DNA of 64,000 nucleotides, from the NCBI GenBank assembly GCA_963820805.1, contig CAWGBH010000004.1, forward strand, positions 3,367 to 67,366. The letters run 5' to 3'. A program made the position numbers and the translations under genes. Position 1 is the first letter of the stretch, and each line of letters begins with the position of its first letter. Below the pieces are notes generated by a model. It did not search any database. It was not told where the DNA came from and was given only the letters and a program-made list of their open reading frames with translations. The DNA comes from an uncultured Alphaproteobacteria bacterium. Its GTDB lineage: Bacteria; Pseudomonadota; Alphaproteobacteria; Rhizobiales; Xanthobacteraceae. Below, piece by piece: positions 27,201 through 37,116 of this stretch.

Positions 27201-27328
27201 ATCCGCTCATGGGACTTAGCCGATAATGTTCGCCTTTGGCGTAAGACAGACATCAATGCCCGCTTATGGCACTGAGCTGACATGCGTGGGTGCACTGCAC
27301 ATGTCTACTTATGACTCAAAGCGGACAT
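27201..27328 (-). repeat. Composite REP/BIME-like element (reverse, about four hairpins)
   Basis: The reverse complement begins atgtccgctttGAGTCAtaagtagacat + gtgcagtgca + a B hairpin + two degenerate hairpins. Confidence 0.75.
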
Positions 27329-27498
27329 GGCATTCCGATTACTACTTCCACTGATTAGGGCATCTTGCTGATGTGTTCTTATCGAGTGGGATAAAGGCCA
27401 CGTAAATTTTTACCGCGGGTCGTACACTCTGAGTTGGATTAAAATCATGGCCGTGGTGTCCTATCGAGGCCGATCATCGGCACTCAGAGGGGAACACT

Positions 27499-27885
27499 AT
27501 GAAAACTCGATACACAGTAGCGTTGTCGTTACTTGCAGGCGCGGCACTCGGTGCCGCGGCAATCCAGGGACTTCATGCGCAAGCCAAGCCGCTTGGCTAT
27601 GTCGTTGCCGAAATCGACGTGACCAATCAAGAGGCCTTTCTCAAAGAGTTTACCCCACTTGCGGTGAAGGCGCTTGCCGATAGTGGCAACAAAGCCCTTG
27701 CCCGCGGCGGCAAGGTTGTAGCTATCGAGGGCACGCCACCCAAGTCGCGCATTGTCATCAACAGCTTCCCGAGCTTCGACGCGGCCGTGGCAGCGTATAA
27801 TTCACCGGCCTACAAAGAAGCGAGAACGATTGGAAATAAATATGGAACGTTCCGTCTCTATGCCGTCGAGGGCCTGCCGCAATAG
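27499..27885 (+). CDS. DUF1330-domain protein with signal peptide
   Basis: MKTRYTVALSLLAGAALGAAAIQGLHA, then GYVVAEIDVTNQEAF...INSFPSFDAAVAAYNSPAYKEA, typical of DUF1330. Confidence 0.75.
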   Translation: MKTRYTVALSLLAGAALGAAAIQGLHAQAKPLGYVVAEIDVTNQEAFLKEFTPLAVKALADSGNKALARGGKVVAIEGTPPKSRIVINSFPSFDAAVAAYNSPAYKEARTIGNKYGTFRLYAVEGLPQ

Positions 27886-27907
27886 CCCAAGTGTTTCTCG
27901 AAGCTTC

Positions 27908-27941
27908 AGAGGCCGCCTCATTTAGCGGCCTCTTTTATTTT
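27908..27941 (+). terminator. Rho-independent terminator
   Basis: AGAGGCCGC-ctcattta-GCGGCCTCT followed by TTTTATTTT. Confidence 0.65.
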
Positions 27942-27954
27942 AAACCAAGCTGCA

Positions 27955-27979
27955 ATGTCGGCTATTGGCACAACGGCAT
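27955..27979 (-). repeat. Degenerate REP-like hairpin (B, reverse)
   Basis: atgtcggctaTTGGCACaacggcat. Confidence 0.5.
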
Positions 27980-27989
27980 CTGGACAGAC

Positions 27990-28178
27990 ATGAACCCAAA
28001 ATCAAATTTTCAGTGCAAAGACGAGGCCCAAAACGAAATTTCGGGCGATTACATTATTGATGGCGCCGCGATCGTGGTGACCGCTCTCGATGGTCGCCAA
28101 CTAAGAACCCAACTCGGCAATACCTCGGCTGATACCATGGCAAAAATTCTGCTCCGCGAGTTGGCGCGGTTAAAATAA
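27990..28178 (+). CDS. Small hypothetical protein (62 aa)
   Basis: Open frame MNPKSNFQCKDEAQNEISGDYIIDGAAIVVTALDGRQLRTQLG... No convincing RBS, and local GC is lower. Confidence 0.25.
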   Translation: MNPKSNFQCKDEAQNEISGDYIIDGAAIVVTALDGRQLRTQLGNTSADTMAKILLRELARLK

Positions 28179-28375
28179 CAGTACGCCTAGATCCGCTCAT
28201 CGCCCAAAGCCGACGCACCTCGACTGAGCCTGACAGCCGTCCAACCCCCGAGAGGGCGGTATAGTATATATGTAGCAAGGCGACGCTTCGACGCTCCAAA
28301 ATTTGTTAACGATGAGCGCCAGCATTGCGCCAAGTTGGCGCCGCATTGCCGAGCACGCTGGCCGCCTGATAGCAG

Positions 28376-28456
28376 GTCCGCTATTGGCAAAAAGCAGACA
28401 TCGGTGCTGCGGGGACCCATGAAAGCTGATGCCCGCCTGCCCGCGAAAGCGGACAT
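28376..28456 (-). repeat. Composite REP/BIME-like element (reverse), last copy in the window
   Basis: ggtccgctaTTGGCAaaaagcagacat ... atgcccgcctgcccgcgaaagcggacat. Confidence 0.7.
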
Positions 28457-28619
28457 CAGCATTTGTGATCATAAAAGCGGCGAGGGGAAATAGGGTCCGA
28501 TAAGGGGGCTTATCGGAGGTAATTGGTGCGCCGTCGCGCGTATTGCAAAATGGCGCTAAAGTCTGGCACAAACGCGTATCCGATAAATAATCGCCATTTT
28601 ATTTGATCAGAGGATCGTC

Positions 28620-29219
28620 ATGACCATATCGATGACGCGCGTTCGCGGCGTTATTGCCGTTGCATTTCTTGGGCTCACGGTTGCCGGCTGTGGGTACAAC
28701 ACTATTCCGACGTACGAAGAGCAGGCCAAGGCGAAATGGGCAGACGTGCAAAACAATTACCAGCGCCGCGCTGATCTTATCCCTAATCTCGTCGCAACCG
28801 TTCAGGGCTACGCCAAGCAGGAAAGAGAGGTGCTGACTGCGGTTGTGGAGGCGCGGGCCAAAGCCACACAAGTGAAGTTGGATGTTTCGCAGCTGACTGA
28901 CCCCGAAAAGGTCAAACAATTCCAGGATGCCCAAAACCAGCTTTCAGGCGCTCTTGGTCGATTGCTGGCGGTTAGCGAGAACTACCCCGACCTAAAGTCC
29001 AATCAGAATTTCCTGGCGCTCCAGTCGCAGCTCGAGGGCACAGAGAATCGCATTGCGGTCGCCCGACGCGACTACATCGAAGCAGTACGCGCCTACAACA
29101 CCGAACTGCGGACATTTCCCGGTGTGATCTGGGCTGCGACCTTCTTCCGGTCCAATAAACCAATGGCAGAATTTACGGCTAGCGAAGACGCAGCCAAGCC
29201 ACCACAAGTAAAATTCTGA
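28620..29219 (+). CDS. LemA-family protein
   Basis: Lipoprotein-like LTVAGCGYN, then YEEQAKAKWADVQNNYQRRADLIPNLV...ENYPDLKSNQNFLALQSQLEGTENRIAVARRDY. Confidence 0.9.
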   Translation: MTISMTRVRGVIAVAFLGLTVAGCGYNTIPTYEEQAKAKWADVQNNYQRRADLIPNLVATVQGYAKQEREVLTAVVEARAKATQVKLDVSQLTDPEKVKQFQDAQNQLSGALGRLLAVSENYPDLKSNQNFLALQSQLEGTENRIAVARRDYIEAVRAYNTELRTFPGVIWAATFFRSNKPMAEFTASEDAAKPPQVKF

Positions 29220-29247
29220 GACGTCGCCTTTACGTAAAGGCACCGAA

Positions 29248-30030
29248 ATGAACCCGGGCCGCGTCCATTCTCCTTTTGGTAGAGGGGGATGGCGCCTGAC
29301 GATTGCTCTTGCGGCGTTGCTTTGCACGCTCGCCATAGCGTTTGCCCTTTCTTTTCCCTCCCTCTCGGGCCGTGTCGTCGATCAGGCAAATATTATTGCG
29401 CCCACGACCCGGACTACCATCGAGCAGAAGCTTGCCGAACTTGAAGCAAAATCGGGCATTCAACTCGTTGTTGCCACCATCACTTCGTTGGAAGGTCAGG
29501 AGATTGAGCCATACGCGAACCAACTATTTAGAAACTGGAAGCTTGGTGAGAAGGCGAAGAACAACGGCGTTCTGCTGCTTGTCGCGCCGAATGAGCGGCG
29601 AGTTCGCATAGAAGTCGGCTACGGTCTTGAAGGCACGCTGACTGACGCGCTCTCAAAAGTAATCATCACTAATGCCATTACGCCGCGTTTCAAAGCGGGC
29701 GATTTTAGTGGCGGCATATCGCGCGGCGTCGATGATATCATCACTGTCCTAACCACCGATGCGTCTGAATGGCAGCAGCGCCCGGCGCTACGGCTCGACG
29801 CTCAACAAACGGTCGACCCCGGAAGTTGGGCGCTGATCATTGGGCTCATAATTCTTGTTGCCTTGCTCATCGTCTCCCCCGGGTTTCGCTGGTTCTTCTT
29901 CAATGTTGCGCTGAATATCCTTTTGAGTTCAGGAGGATCCAGCAGCAGTAGCGGCGGGTTTTCCAGCGGAGGAGGGTTTTCGGGCGGTGGGGGTTCGTCC
30001 GGTGGCGGCGGCGCTTCGGGGAGTTGGTGA
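29248..30030 (+). CDS. TPM-domain protein (YgcG-like) with a Gly/Ser-rich C-terminus
   Basis: VVDQANIIAPTTRTTIEQKLAELEAKSGIQLVVATI...RIEVGYGLEG, one TM, then a GGSSSSSGGFSSGGGFSGGGGSSGGGG tail. Confidence 0.85.
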   Translation: MNPGRVHSPFGRGGWRLTIALAALLCTLAIAFALSFPSLSGRVVDQANIIAPTTRTTIEQKLAELEAKSGIQLVVATITSLEGQEIEPYANQLFRNWKLGEKAKNNGVLLLVAPNERRVRIEVGYGLEGTLTDALSKVIITNAITPRFKAGDFSGGISRGVDDIITVLTTDASEWQQRPALRLDAQQTVDPGSWALIIGLIILVALLIVSPGFRWFFFNVALNILLSSGGSSSSSGGFSSGGGFSGGGGSSGGGGASGSW

Positions 30031-30641
30031 TGAGCATATCGAACGAAGACCGTGAGCGAATTGGAATTGCCATTCGCTCTGCCGAAGCCAAAACGTCGGG
30101 CGAAATCGTTTGCGTGCTAGCCCGGACATCGACCCATGCCACCGCATTGCCAGTTATTCTCGCTGCGGCAGCCGCGCTAGCAACGCCCTGGTTGCTTATG
30201 GCCTTTACCGCGATGACGGTTCAGCGAATTCTCTCGGTTCAGGTCATCGTATTTTTGGTAATTTTAATACTTCTATCTTTGCCCAGCCTGCGGGTTGCTC
30301 TGATGCCGCGTAAGATGTGCCGGGCCATCGCCCATCAGATGGCTATGGAGCAGTTCATCACCCGTGGGATAGCGGGGAACAAAGACCGCGCCGGGATTTT
30401 GATTTTCGTTTCGCTTGCCGAGCGTTATGCGCGCATCATTGCCGATGATGAAATTGCCTCGCGTGTGCCTCAGTCGGCGTGGCAGGGTGCGGTCGATGCC
30501 CTAATTTCACACATGCGTGACGGCCGCATCGCCGATGGGTTCATTGTTGCGATTGATGCGTGCGGAGACGAATTGGCGATGCACTTTCCTCGAGCGGCTG
30601 GAAGTCACAATGTATGGCCAGATCGAATTTACGTAATCTGA
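30030..30641 (+). CDS. TPM-domain membrane protein (second TPM gene of the LemA operon)
   Basis: The ATG overlaps the upstream stop (TGATG). IAIRSAEAKTSGEIVCVLA...ILIFVSLAERYARIIAD. Confidence 0.8.
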   Translation: MSISNEDRERIGIAIRSAEAKTSGEIVCVLARTSTHATALPVILAAAAALATPWLLMAFTAMTVQRILSVQVIVFLVILILLSLPSLRVALMPRKMCRAIAHQMAMEQFITRGIAGNKDRAGILIFVSLAERYARIIADDEIASRVPQSAWQGAVDALISHMRDGRIADGFIVAIDACGDELAMHFPRAAGSHNVWPDRIYVI

Positions 30642-30741
30642 TATTTACGCGCGGTTATATTCACAACGCGCTCTAATATTGGCACACTACCAAACCTATG
30701 CTTGCGAATTGAAAAAAACGATATCCAAATTGGAGTCGTCT

Positions 30742-31197
30742 ATGAACCCAGTACAAGCCGAACCGAAAAGCTATCAGATGCCACCGCAGGATGGGTTTAC
30801 CGTCGCACATTTTCTCACTGTCGCCGACATCGAACGATCGGCTCGATTTTACGAAACAGTCTTCGGAGGTCGTATTCTGAGCAGAGGCGACAGCAGTGGC
30901 GCGCCGGGGTACATCCAGATCGCGAACACGTGGCTCATTGTCAACGTCGGGGGCGGTCCAACACCCGACAAACCTTCGGTAACGCTCAGCGTTCCCGCCG
31001 ACCCAGATTCGGTCAGTAGCTTTATGAATATCCGAGTTGCCGATATTCAAGCGTGCTATGAACTATGGAAAAATCGAGGAGCCAATTTCATCACGGAGCC
31101 AAAGGAAAAGTACGGCGAGACGCGCTGCTACATTCGCGATCCTGACGGCTACATTATAGAGGTTGGGCAAAGTAAGCCGGGCATCGCCTACGGTTGA
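30742..31197 (+). CDS. VOC/glyoxalase-family protein
   Basis: HFLTVADIERSARFYETVFGG...RCYIRDPDGYIIEVGQ. Confidence 0.8.
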   Translation: MNPVQAEPKSYQMPPQDGFTVAHFLTVADIERSARFYETVFGGRILSRGDSSGAPGYIQIANTWLIVNVGGGPTPDKPSVTLSVPADPDSVSSFMNIRVADIQACYELWKNRGANFITEPKEKYGETRCYIRDPDGYIIEVGQSKPGIAYG

Positions 31198-31371
31198 ACG
31201 GCACGACCCGAAGCTTCACGCTCCTCACTCGCATCCATCAAGGACCCAAAGCGGAGAGGGGTGCAGATTCACTCTTGGCTGGCTCCATCTTTATCAACCA
31301 AAGTTGAGGACCGCAGAGCGGAGCCTGCGTTAAATTGCGCCTTACGCCCAATGTCGCCGTAGGAGGGCACG

Positions 31372-32946
31372 ATGCGCCCCGAACTTGGTCTTAAACTCGC
31401 AGCGGTCCTCGCATTTTTATTGTCCGGAATCGCAAATGCGGAGCCCGGAGCAATGGCCAGCCCACCACTCGCCCAGTTCGATTCCGGTTCGGTTCGCGGC
31501 GAGGGTGCAAACGGCGTCATCAGCTTCAAGGGAATTCCCTATGCGAAGCCGCCAGTCGGTGAGTTGCGGTGGCGGCCGCCGCAGCCTCCCAAACATTGGC
31601 GCGGCGTGCGTGATGCGACCAAGTTCGGGCCGGAATGCATGCAACCCGACGATGTGCCGAAATCGGAGGACTGCCTTACCCTGAATGTGTGGCGGCCCGC
31701 CGACGCCAAAGGCCCGCTGCCGGTCATGGTCTGGATTTACGGCGGCGCACTGGTGCACGGCCAAACGTCTCTTTATCCCGCGGACAACCTGGCGAGACAG
31801 GGTGTTGTCGTCGTCAGCATGAACTACCGTATGGGCCGGCTCGGCTTCTTCGCGCATCCGGCGTTGCTGTCCGAAAGACGCAGAGAACTGCACGGTAATT
31901 ACGGCTATATGGACCAACGCACCGCGCTGCAATGGGTCCAGCGCAACATCGCGGCTTTCGGTGGCAATCCGAGGGCGGTGACGATCGTCGGCAAGTCGGC
32001 GGGTGGTGGCTCCGTGTTCATCCATCTCACGTCGCCGTTGTCGCGCGGTCTGTTCGTGCGCGCAGTCCTGCAGTCGCCCGGCATACCAACCCCGCGTCAG
32101 AAAGTCGTTGGCTTGACCGATTTTTCCGTCGCACAGCGAATGGCTATCGACTACGCGCGTTCGATCGGCGTGAACGGTAGCGACCGTGGGGCGCTGAACG
32201 CGTTGCGTGCGCTTCCTGCCGAGAAACTGACCGAAGGAACCGACGCGAAAGCCGAGGTCGCAGCGCTGTCGGAGGGCAAGCCGATCATAGGCGTCGCCGG
32301 CTCGATGATTGATGGCAAGTTGGTCGTCGAGGCGCCAGAAGCCGCTATCGCGGCGGGGCATTGGGCGAAAATACCGATTATCATCGGGGCCAACAATCGG
32401 GACCTTCCGGTTGGTGTGGCGAACAACAAGGACGAGTTGTTTGCGATCTTCGGCTCTTACGTCGACGAGGCACGCAGGCTTTACGATCCGAATGGGACCG
32501 AAACGCTTGACGAGTTGAAGCAGCAGGTATTCGCCGATAAGACGATGACGGAGCCCGCGCGCCATCTCGCCAATCTTGTGGCTCGTTCCGGCCGGCCGGT
32601 TTGGCTTTACCGGTTCTCATACGTAGCGGAGGCCCTGCGCAGCAACTCCGCCTGGAAAGGCACGCTGCACGGCTTCGAGATTCCCTACACCTTCGATCTT
32701 CCAGCGGCCGTTGTGAAGGACAAGGTGACCGCCGACGACAAAAAGATGGGCGATACGGCAAGCGCCTATTGGGTCGCGTTTGGTCGGACCGGCGATCCGA
32801 ATGGCGGCGGCCGGACCCAATGGCCGCTTCATAAGCCCGGCGTGGACGCGATTATCAATTTCACCAATGACGGCGTCGTCATGGGGCCCGATCCGCTGAA
32901 GCCGCGGCTCGATCTTTGGCAGAAAGTTTGGGCCGCGAACAAATAG
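31372..32946 (+). CDS. Secreted type-B carboxylesterase/lipase
   Basis: GIPYAKPPVGELRWRPPQ, EDCLTLNVWRP, VWIYGGAL, and the nucleophile elbow written GKSAGG. Confidence 0.9.
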   Translation: MRPELGLKLAAVLAFLLSGIANAEPGAMASPPLAQFDSGSVRGEGANGVISFKGIPYAKPPVGELRWRPPQPPKHWRGVRDATKFGPECMQPDDVPKSEDCLTLNVWRPADAKGPLPVMVWIYGGALVHGQTSLYPADNLARQGVVVVSMNYRMGRLGFFAHPALLSERRRELHGNYGYMDQRTALQWVQRNIAAFGGNPRAVTIVGKSAGGGSVFIHLTSPLSRGLFVRAVLQSPGIPTPRQKVVGLTDFSVAQRMAIDYARSIGVNGSDRGALNALRALPAEKLTEGTDAKAEVAALSEGKPIIGVAGSMIDGKLVVEAPEAAIAAGHWAKIPIIIGANNRDLPVGVANNKDELFAIFGSYVDEARRLYDPNGTETLDELKQQVFADKTMTEPARHLANLVARSGRPVWLYRFSYVAEALRSNSAWKGTLHGFEIPYTFDLPAAVVKDKVTADDKKMGDTASAYWVAFGRTGDPNGGGRTQWPLHKPGVDAIINFTNDGVVMGPDPLKPRLDLWQKVWAANK

Positions 32947-33324
32947 GGTGTGCAGCAACCGCACCGGCTGCAGCCATTGCGAAAAGAAACCCTGAATTGC
33001 CGGCCGGTCACGGCTGGAATTAACCGTTCGGCTCTACCGGCCAGGGAGAGAGATTCCTGACGGGGAATTGGAAATTCCCCGAGGCACATGCCGCAAATTA
33101 GTCGCCGTCGGGGCCTGTTTTTGGACTTAGCGGCCATGGAACCCGTTCAGCCGACAAAATGCAGACAGTAAGCGGCATCCCGCGGAATTGGACCTAGGGC
33201 CAACTCGATTTTCAGCCCACAAGGTCCAACAATGACGTTGTGAAAGTAATCAGAATCCGCACGCCTGCAACACCGCTTCGAGGAAACGCGGTCGCCGTGG
33301 CGTCAATCTAGAAGGATATTCGTT

Positions 33325-35045
33325 ATGCGCGCTGCAAGAGCGATCTGGTTCGGTATCTCAGCATTGGCATTCGCAATCGTCTCGGTTATTTCGCCGGCAT
33401 CCGCGCAACAAGGAGCAAAACCTAACATCGTTTTCATCATGGGTGACGACATCGGATGGATGCAACCGAGCATCTATCATCGCGGTTTGATGGTTGGAGA
33501 GACGCCGAACATCGACAAGATCGGTAATGACGGCGCGCTCTTCACCGACTACTACGCAGAACAGAGCTGCACCGCAGGGCGCAACGCTTTCTTCACTGGC
33601 ATGCATCCGCTGCGAACCGGCATGATCCCGCCGCAGCTTCCGGGCAGTCCGTCTTATCTGAAGCCTAGTACGCCAGCGATCGCCAAGGTGCTGATGGATC
33701 TGGGGTACACCACTGGCGAGTTTGGCAAGAATCATCTGGGCGATCACACCGATGCGCTGCCGACCGCGCACGGATTCCAGGAATTTTGGGGCTATTTATA
33801 TCACCTGGATGCGATGCAAGGCGTGAGCTTCCCCGACATCAACAAAACTCCAACGCAGCAGACCGTCGCGCCACCGTGCAAGAACACGCCGGTCCCTGGC
33901 CTGGCGGAGGTGCCGGGAGCCGTTGATCCCAAAACCACGATCTGCTTGATGCCGCCACGGCCGGTCCTGTGGTGCAAATCCTCGGACGGCAGCTCCAAGA
34001 ACCAGACTTGCCAGGACCAGGGTCCGCTAACACTGGAGCGCTCGAAGACCGTGGACGAGGAAATCTCCGCCAAGGTCGTCGACTTTCTCGATCGCAACGA
34101 CCCGAAAAAGACCAACAAGCCATTCTTCGTCTGGTACAACCCGGCCCGCATGCATATCACTACCGTATTGCCGGACAAATACCTGGCGATGGTGGGTGAG
34201 CCGGGCGGTAAGGACTGGGGCGTCAACGAAGCCGGCATGAAACAGATGGACGACAATATCGGCGTCGTTCTGAAGAAGCTCGACGACATGGGCCAGACCA
34301 ACAACACCATCGTCGTTTTCACCACCGACAACGGCGCCGAGACCATCACCTTCCCGGATGGCGGCACCACGCCTTTCAAAGGCGGCAAGCTGACCACCTG
34401 GGAAGGGGGCATGCGCGCCCCGATGGTGATTCGTTGGCCTGGCGTCATCAAGCCCGGCACTGTCAAAAACGACATGTTCGCCTCTCTCGATTGGATGCCC
34501 ACCCTGGCCGATATTGCTGGCGGCCCGAAGGGCGACGGACTGAAGAAGCAGATAGAAGCCGGCCAATATCCCGGCTTTGTGAAAACGACACTTGATGGAG
34601 TTCGACCAACGCGATTTCCTGGAAGGTAAGTCACAGAAGTCGGCACGCGATGTGTTCTTCTACTATTCCGGCAAGGACCCTTCAGCGGTCCGATACAAGA
34701 ACTGGAAGATGTATTTCGCGATGGTGTCCGACGCGCCGGCGGGTTTCATTGCGGGTGTGCTCCCGTACCACTGGACCCAGGTCGTCAACGTGAAACGTGA
34801 TCCGTTCGAGATTTCCATCGGCCAGCAATACAAGACTTCTCTTTGGTATGGGCGGGGCGATTGCTTCACCGTCCACCGCCTATGTCTATGACTGGAACAT
34901 GCTGCCCATCGGCCAAGCACTGTGGCTGAAGGAGCTCGAGAGCTACATCCCGTTCCCACCGCTGCAAAATCCGGCAAGCTACAATCTTGAACAGGTCATG
35001 CAGCAAGTCCGGGACATGAAGACGTCAAGTCACGCAGGCGAATAA
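33325..35045 (+). pseudogene. Arylsulfatase (formylglycine-type), broken by two net +1 frame disruptions
   Basis: Signal peptide, NIVFIMGDDIGW, and the CTAGR (C-x-A-x-R) modification motif. The protein continues across ORFs 33325..34629, 34592..34891 and 34797..35045, with junctions near 34600-34604 and 34831-34845. Confidence 0.85.
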
Positions 35046-35295
35046 TAATGGCTAGAGCATTTCGGGCGCCCAGCAATGGGCGCCCGTATTGCAATGGTTG
35101 CGCATGGAATTCGGTCGGACTGATCGGGGCACGATTTGCTGGAGGGAAGGCCGGATTCAAAGTGCTTTTTTCCGATCCTTTTAATTGCGCTATCGCGGAG
35201 AAGGGGCAACCCGGCCCTCTGCTCGAAGTCCGCTGTTACCTCGTCTAAACTCCAAGCGTTTGGCCGCCACCATCGGACGGCACAGGGAGGGGTGC

Positions 35296-35697
35296 ATGGT
35301 TATCGCTAGGGCGTCGATTGTCGCTGCCGCTGTTGTTGCTTTTGTCAACTTGGCGTGGGCGCAGGACAGCCTGAGCCCGAAAAGTCGGCAGGAGTTGAAG
35401 CGAGCCGATGTAACGGGAACAAATATGGAGATCATAATCTCCGTCGTCGAAAATCAGCCTGGCGAGACGATTCCGCGTCACATTCATCACGGCGAGGAAG
35501 CATTCTACGTGCTCCAGGGGGCTACGCTCGAAACACCAGACGGGAAGCAGATTAAATTGCCGACCGGGGCAGCGGCCACCAATGCCCGCGACGTTCCACA
35601 TGCCGGAGTTAAAGTCGTTGGTGACACGTCCTTTAAGTACTTAGCTGTCCACGTCGTGGATAAGGGGGCTACGCTCTACGACGCCCCTCCGAAATAG
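35296..35697 (+). CDS. Secreted cupin-domain protein
   Basis: Signal peptide MVIARASIVAAAVVAFVNLAWA and the cupin motif GETIPRHIHHGEEAFYVLQG. Confidence 0.7.
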   Translation: MVIARASIVAAAVVAFVNLAWAQDSLSPKSRQELKRADVTGTNMEIIISVVENQPGETIPRHIHHGEEAFYVLQGATLETPDGKQIKLPTGAAATNARDVPHAGVKVVGDTSFKYLAVHVVDKGATLYDAPPK

Positions 35698-35830
35698 TTT
35701 GTCTTCAACTCGGCCGGGATTTGCAGAAGTTGGTTTTGGGAAGGCTTCTCGGGATCGCCACGCGCAATACGTGGAGCGCTCCTGATAAACTGCACGCCGT
35801 TGGCATGTCCTTTTCGGATGGGAGAGTAAA

Positions 35831-36994
35831 ATGAAAACGCCAAGGAATGGAGTGACGGGCCTCGCGCTCGCGCTATTGTTGGTAATTGGAGTCACATCGA
35901 TGTCAGCGGCAAAGACGTTCGTCTACGTTTCGAACGCGCAAGACGGAAATATCGACTCATATGTCATGGACGTAAGCACGGGTGCGCTGACGCCGATCGG
36001 GAAGGTCGAGGCCGCAAAAATGGTCATGCCGATGGCGGTCAGTCCGAATAAAAAGCAACTCTATGCGGTCGTACGCTCCCAGCCGTTGCGTGTATTCACC
36101 TATGCCATTGACCCTGCAACCGGGGCGCTCGTGCAGAAAGCATCTGCGCCGCTACCCGACAGCATGGCCTACGTCTCGACCGATCGCAGCGGGCGTTTCC
36201 TCTTCACCGCGTCCTATGGCGGAGACAAGCTCGCAGTCAGTCCGATTGGCGAAAACGGGACGGTCGAAGCGGATGCGATTCAGGTCGTTCCCACCGGCCG
36301 GAACGCGCATTCAATTTTGCCCGATCGCAGCAACAAGTATGTCTACGCCGCGACGCTCGGCGCCAATCAGGTGTTGCAGTTCACCTTCGACAGTTCGACT
36401 GGCAAACTCACGGCCAACGAGCCCGCAACAGTTAGTCCTGAACCGGGTCACGGGCCGCGTCACATGGCTTTCTCGGCGGACAACAAAAATCTTTATGTGC
36501 TCAATGAATTGTCGGGACACGTCACGCAATACGCGATCAATGCCGGCAAAGGTACCTTGACGCTCGTCGACAGCATCAGCTCGGTTCCGGCGGGGGCTGG
36601 CCTGGTCTGGGGGGCACCGCAGGCGCCAGTCGGCGCCGCACCGGGGCCTGCCGGAGCGGTGAAAGACGACAAGCCAAAAGTGTGGGCGGCGGATATCCAA
36701 ATCACGCCTAACGGCAAATTCCTCTATGCGACTGAGCGGACCACGAGCAAAATCGCACTGTTCACGGTGGCGCCCGAAACAGGCAAACTTGCGTACATCG
36801 CGAATTATGCGACCGAGGCGCAGCCGCGCGGTATCAGGATCGATCCGAACGGCCAGTATCTCATTGCCTCAGGCGAAAAGTCCGATCGTCTGTCGGTCTA
36901 CAAGATCGACCAGACCACGGGAAAACTCGGTGAGCCCAATCGCTATCCCGTAGGGAACGGCGCAAATTGGGTGGAAATCGTCGAGGTGCAATGA
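35831..36994 (+). CDS. Beta-propeller lactonase-family protein (6-phosphogluconolactonase / carboxy-muconate cycloisomerase-like)
   Basis: FVYVSNAQDGNIDSYVMD..., repeated blade pattern, ...PRHMAFSADNKNLYVLNELSGHVTQY... Confidence 0.85.
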   Translation: MKTPRNGVTGLALALLLVIGVTSMSAAKTFVYVSNAQDGNIDSYVMDVSTGALTPIGKVEAAKMVMPMAVSPNKKQLYAVVRSQPLRVFTYAIDPATGALVQKASAPLPDSMAYVSTDRSGRFLFTASYGGDKLAVSPIGENGTVEADAIQVVPTGRNAHSILPDRSNKYVYAATLGANQVLQFTFDSSTGKLTANEPATVSPEPGHGPRHMAFSADNKNLYVLNELSGHVTQYAINAGKGTLTLVDSISSVPAGAGLVWGAPQAPVGAAPGPAGAVKDDKPKVWAADIQITPNGKFLYATERTTSKIALFTVAPETGKLAYIANYATEAQPRGIRIDPNGQYLIASGEKSDRLSVYKIDQTTGKLGEPNRYPVGNGANWVEIVEVQ

Positions 36995-37116
36995 TCGAAC
37001 GGCGTCAGCTCGAAGTCCTCCTCACTGCCAATGGCTGATGTTCAAGCGGTAGGATCCGTTTACCCGGTCGAGCATTCCTGATTTGATGGCCGCGTATATT
37101 TGCCGTGGGGGCTAGT

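Noticed and set aside
950-28456. Possibility that the repeated hairpins form a CRISPR array
   Set aside because: The repeats are palindromic and of three types. They are scattered over 28 kb between genes with irregular spacing. No cas genes are present.
24541-28619. EcfG/PhyR general-stress promoters (GGAAC-N16-17-CGTT) or sigma-54 promoters upstream of the small envelope-protein genes
   Set aside because: Only partial matches were found, for example GGAAC at ~24617 without a CGTT at the right spacing, and TGGCAC at ~28564 without TTGC. None is convincing.
31417-32565. Long antisense ORFs inside real genes (382 aa opposite the esterase; also 51697..52674, 33801..34646, 12680..13330, 57949..58611, 61535..62227)
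   Set aside because: These are typical shadow ORFs of GC-rich coding DNA. Their products are Arg/Pro/Gly-rich and low in complexity. They have no recognisable domains and fully overlap well-supported genes.
31372-32946. GKSAGG instead of the common GESAGG nucleophile elbow in the carboxylesterase
   Set aside because: The family pattern tolerates any residue at that position, and the Ser is present. This is probably normal variation.
33061-33081. Perfect 9-bp inverted repeat CGGGGAATT-gga-AATTCCCCG between the esterase and sulfatase, plus GGAATTGGA again at ~33183 and GGAATTCC at ~37407
   Set aside because: The hexamers are short and isolated. No T-tract follows, so it is not a clear terminator. 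There is no regulator gene to pair with it, which is too little to call a site.
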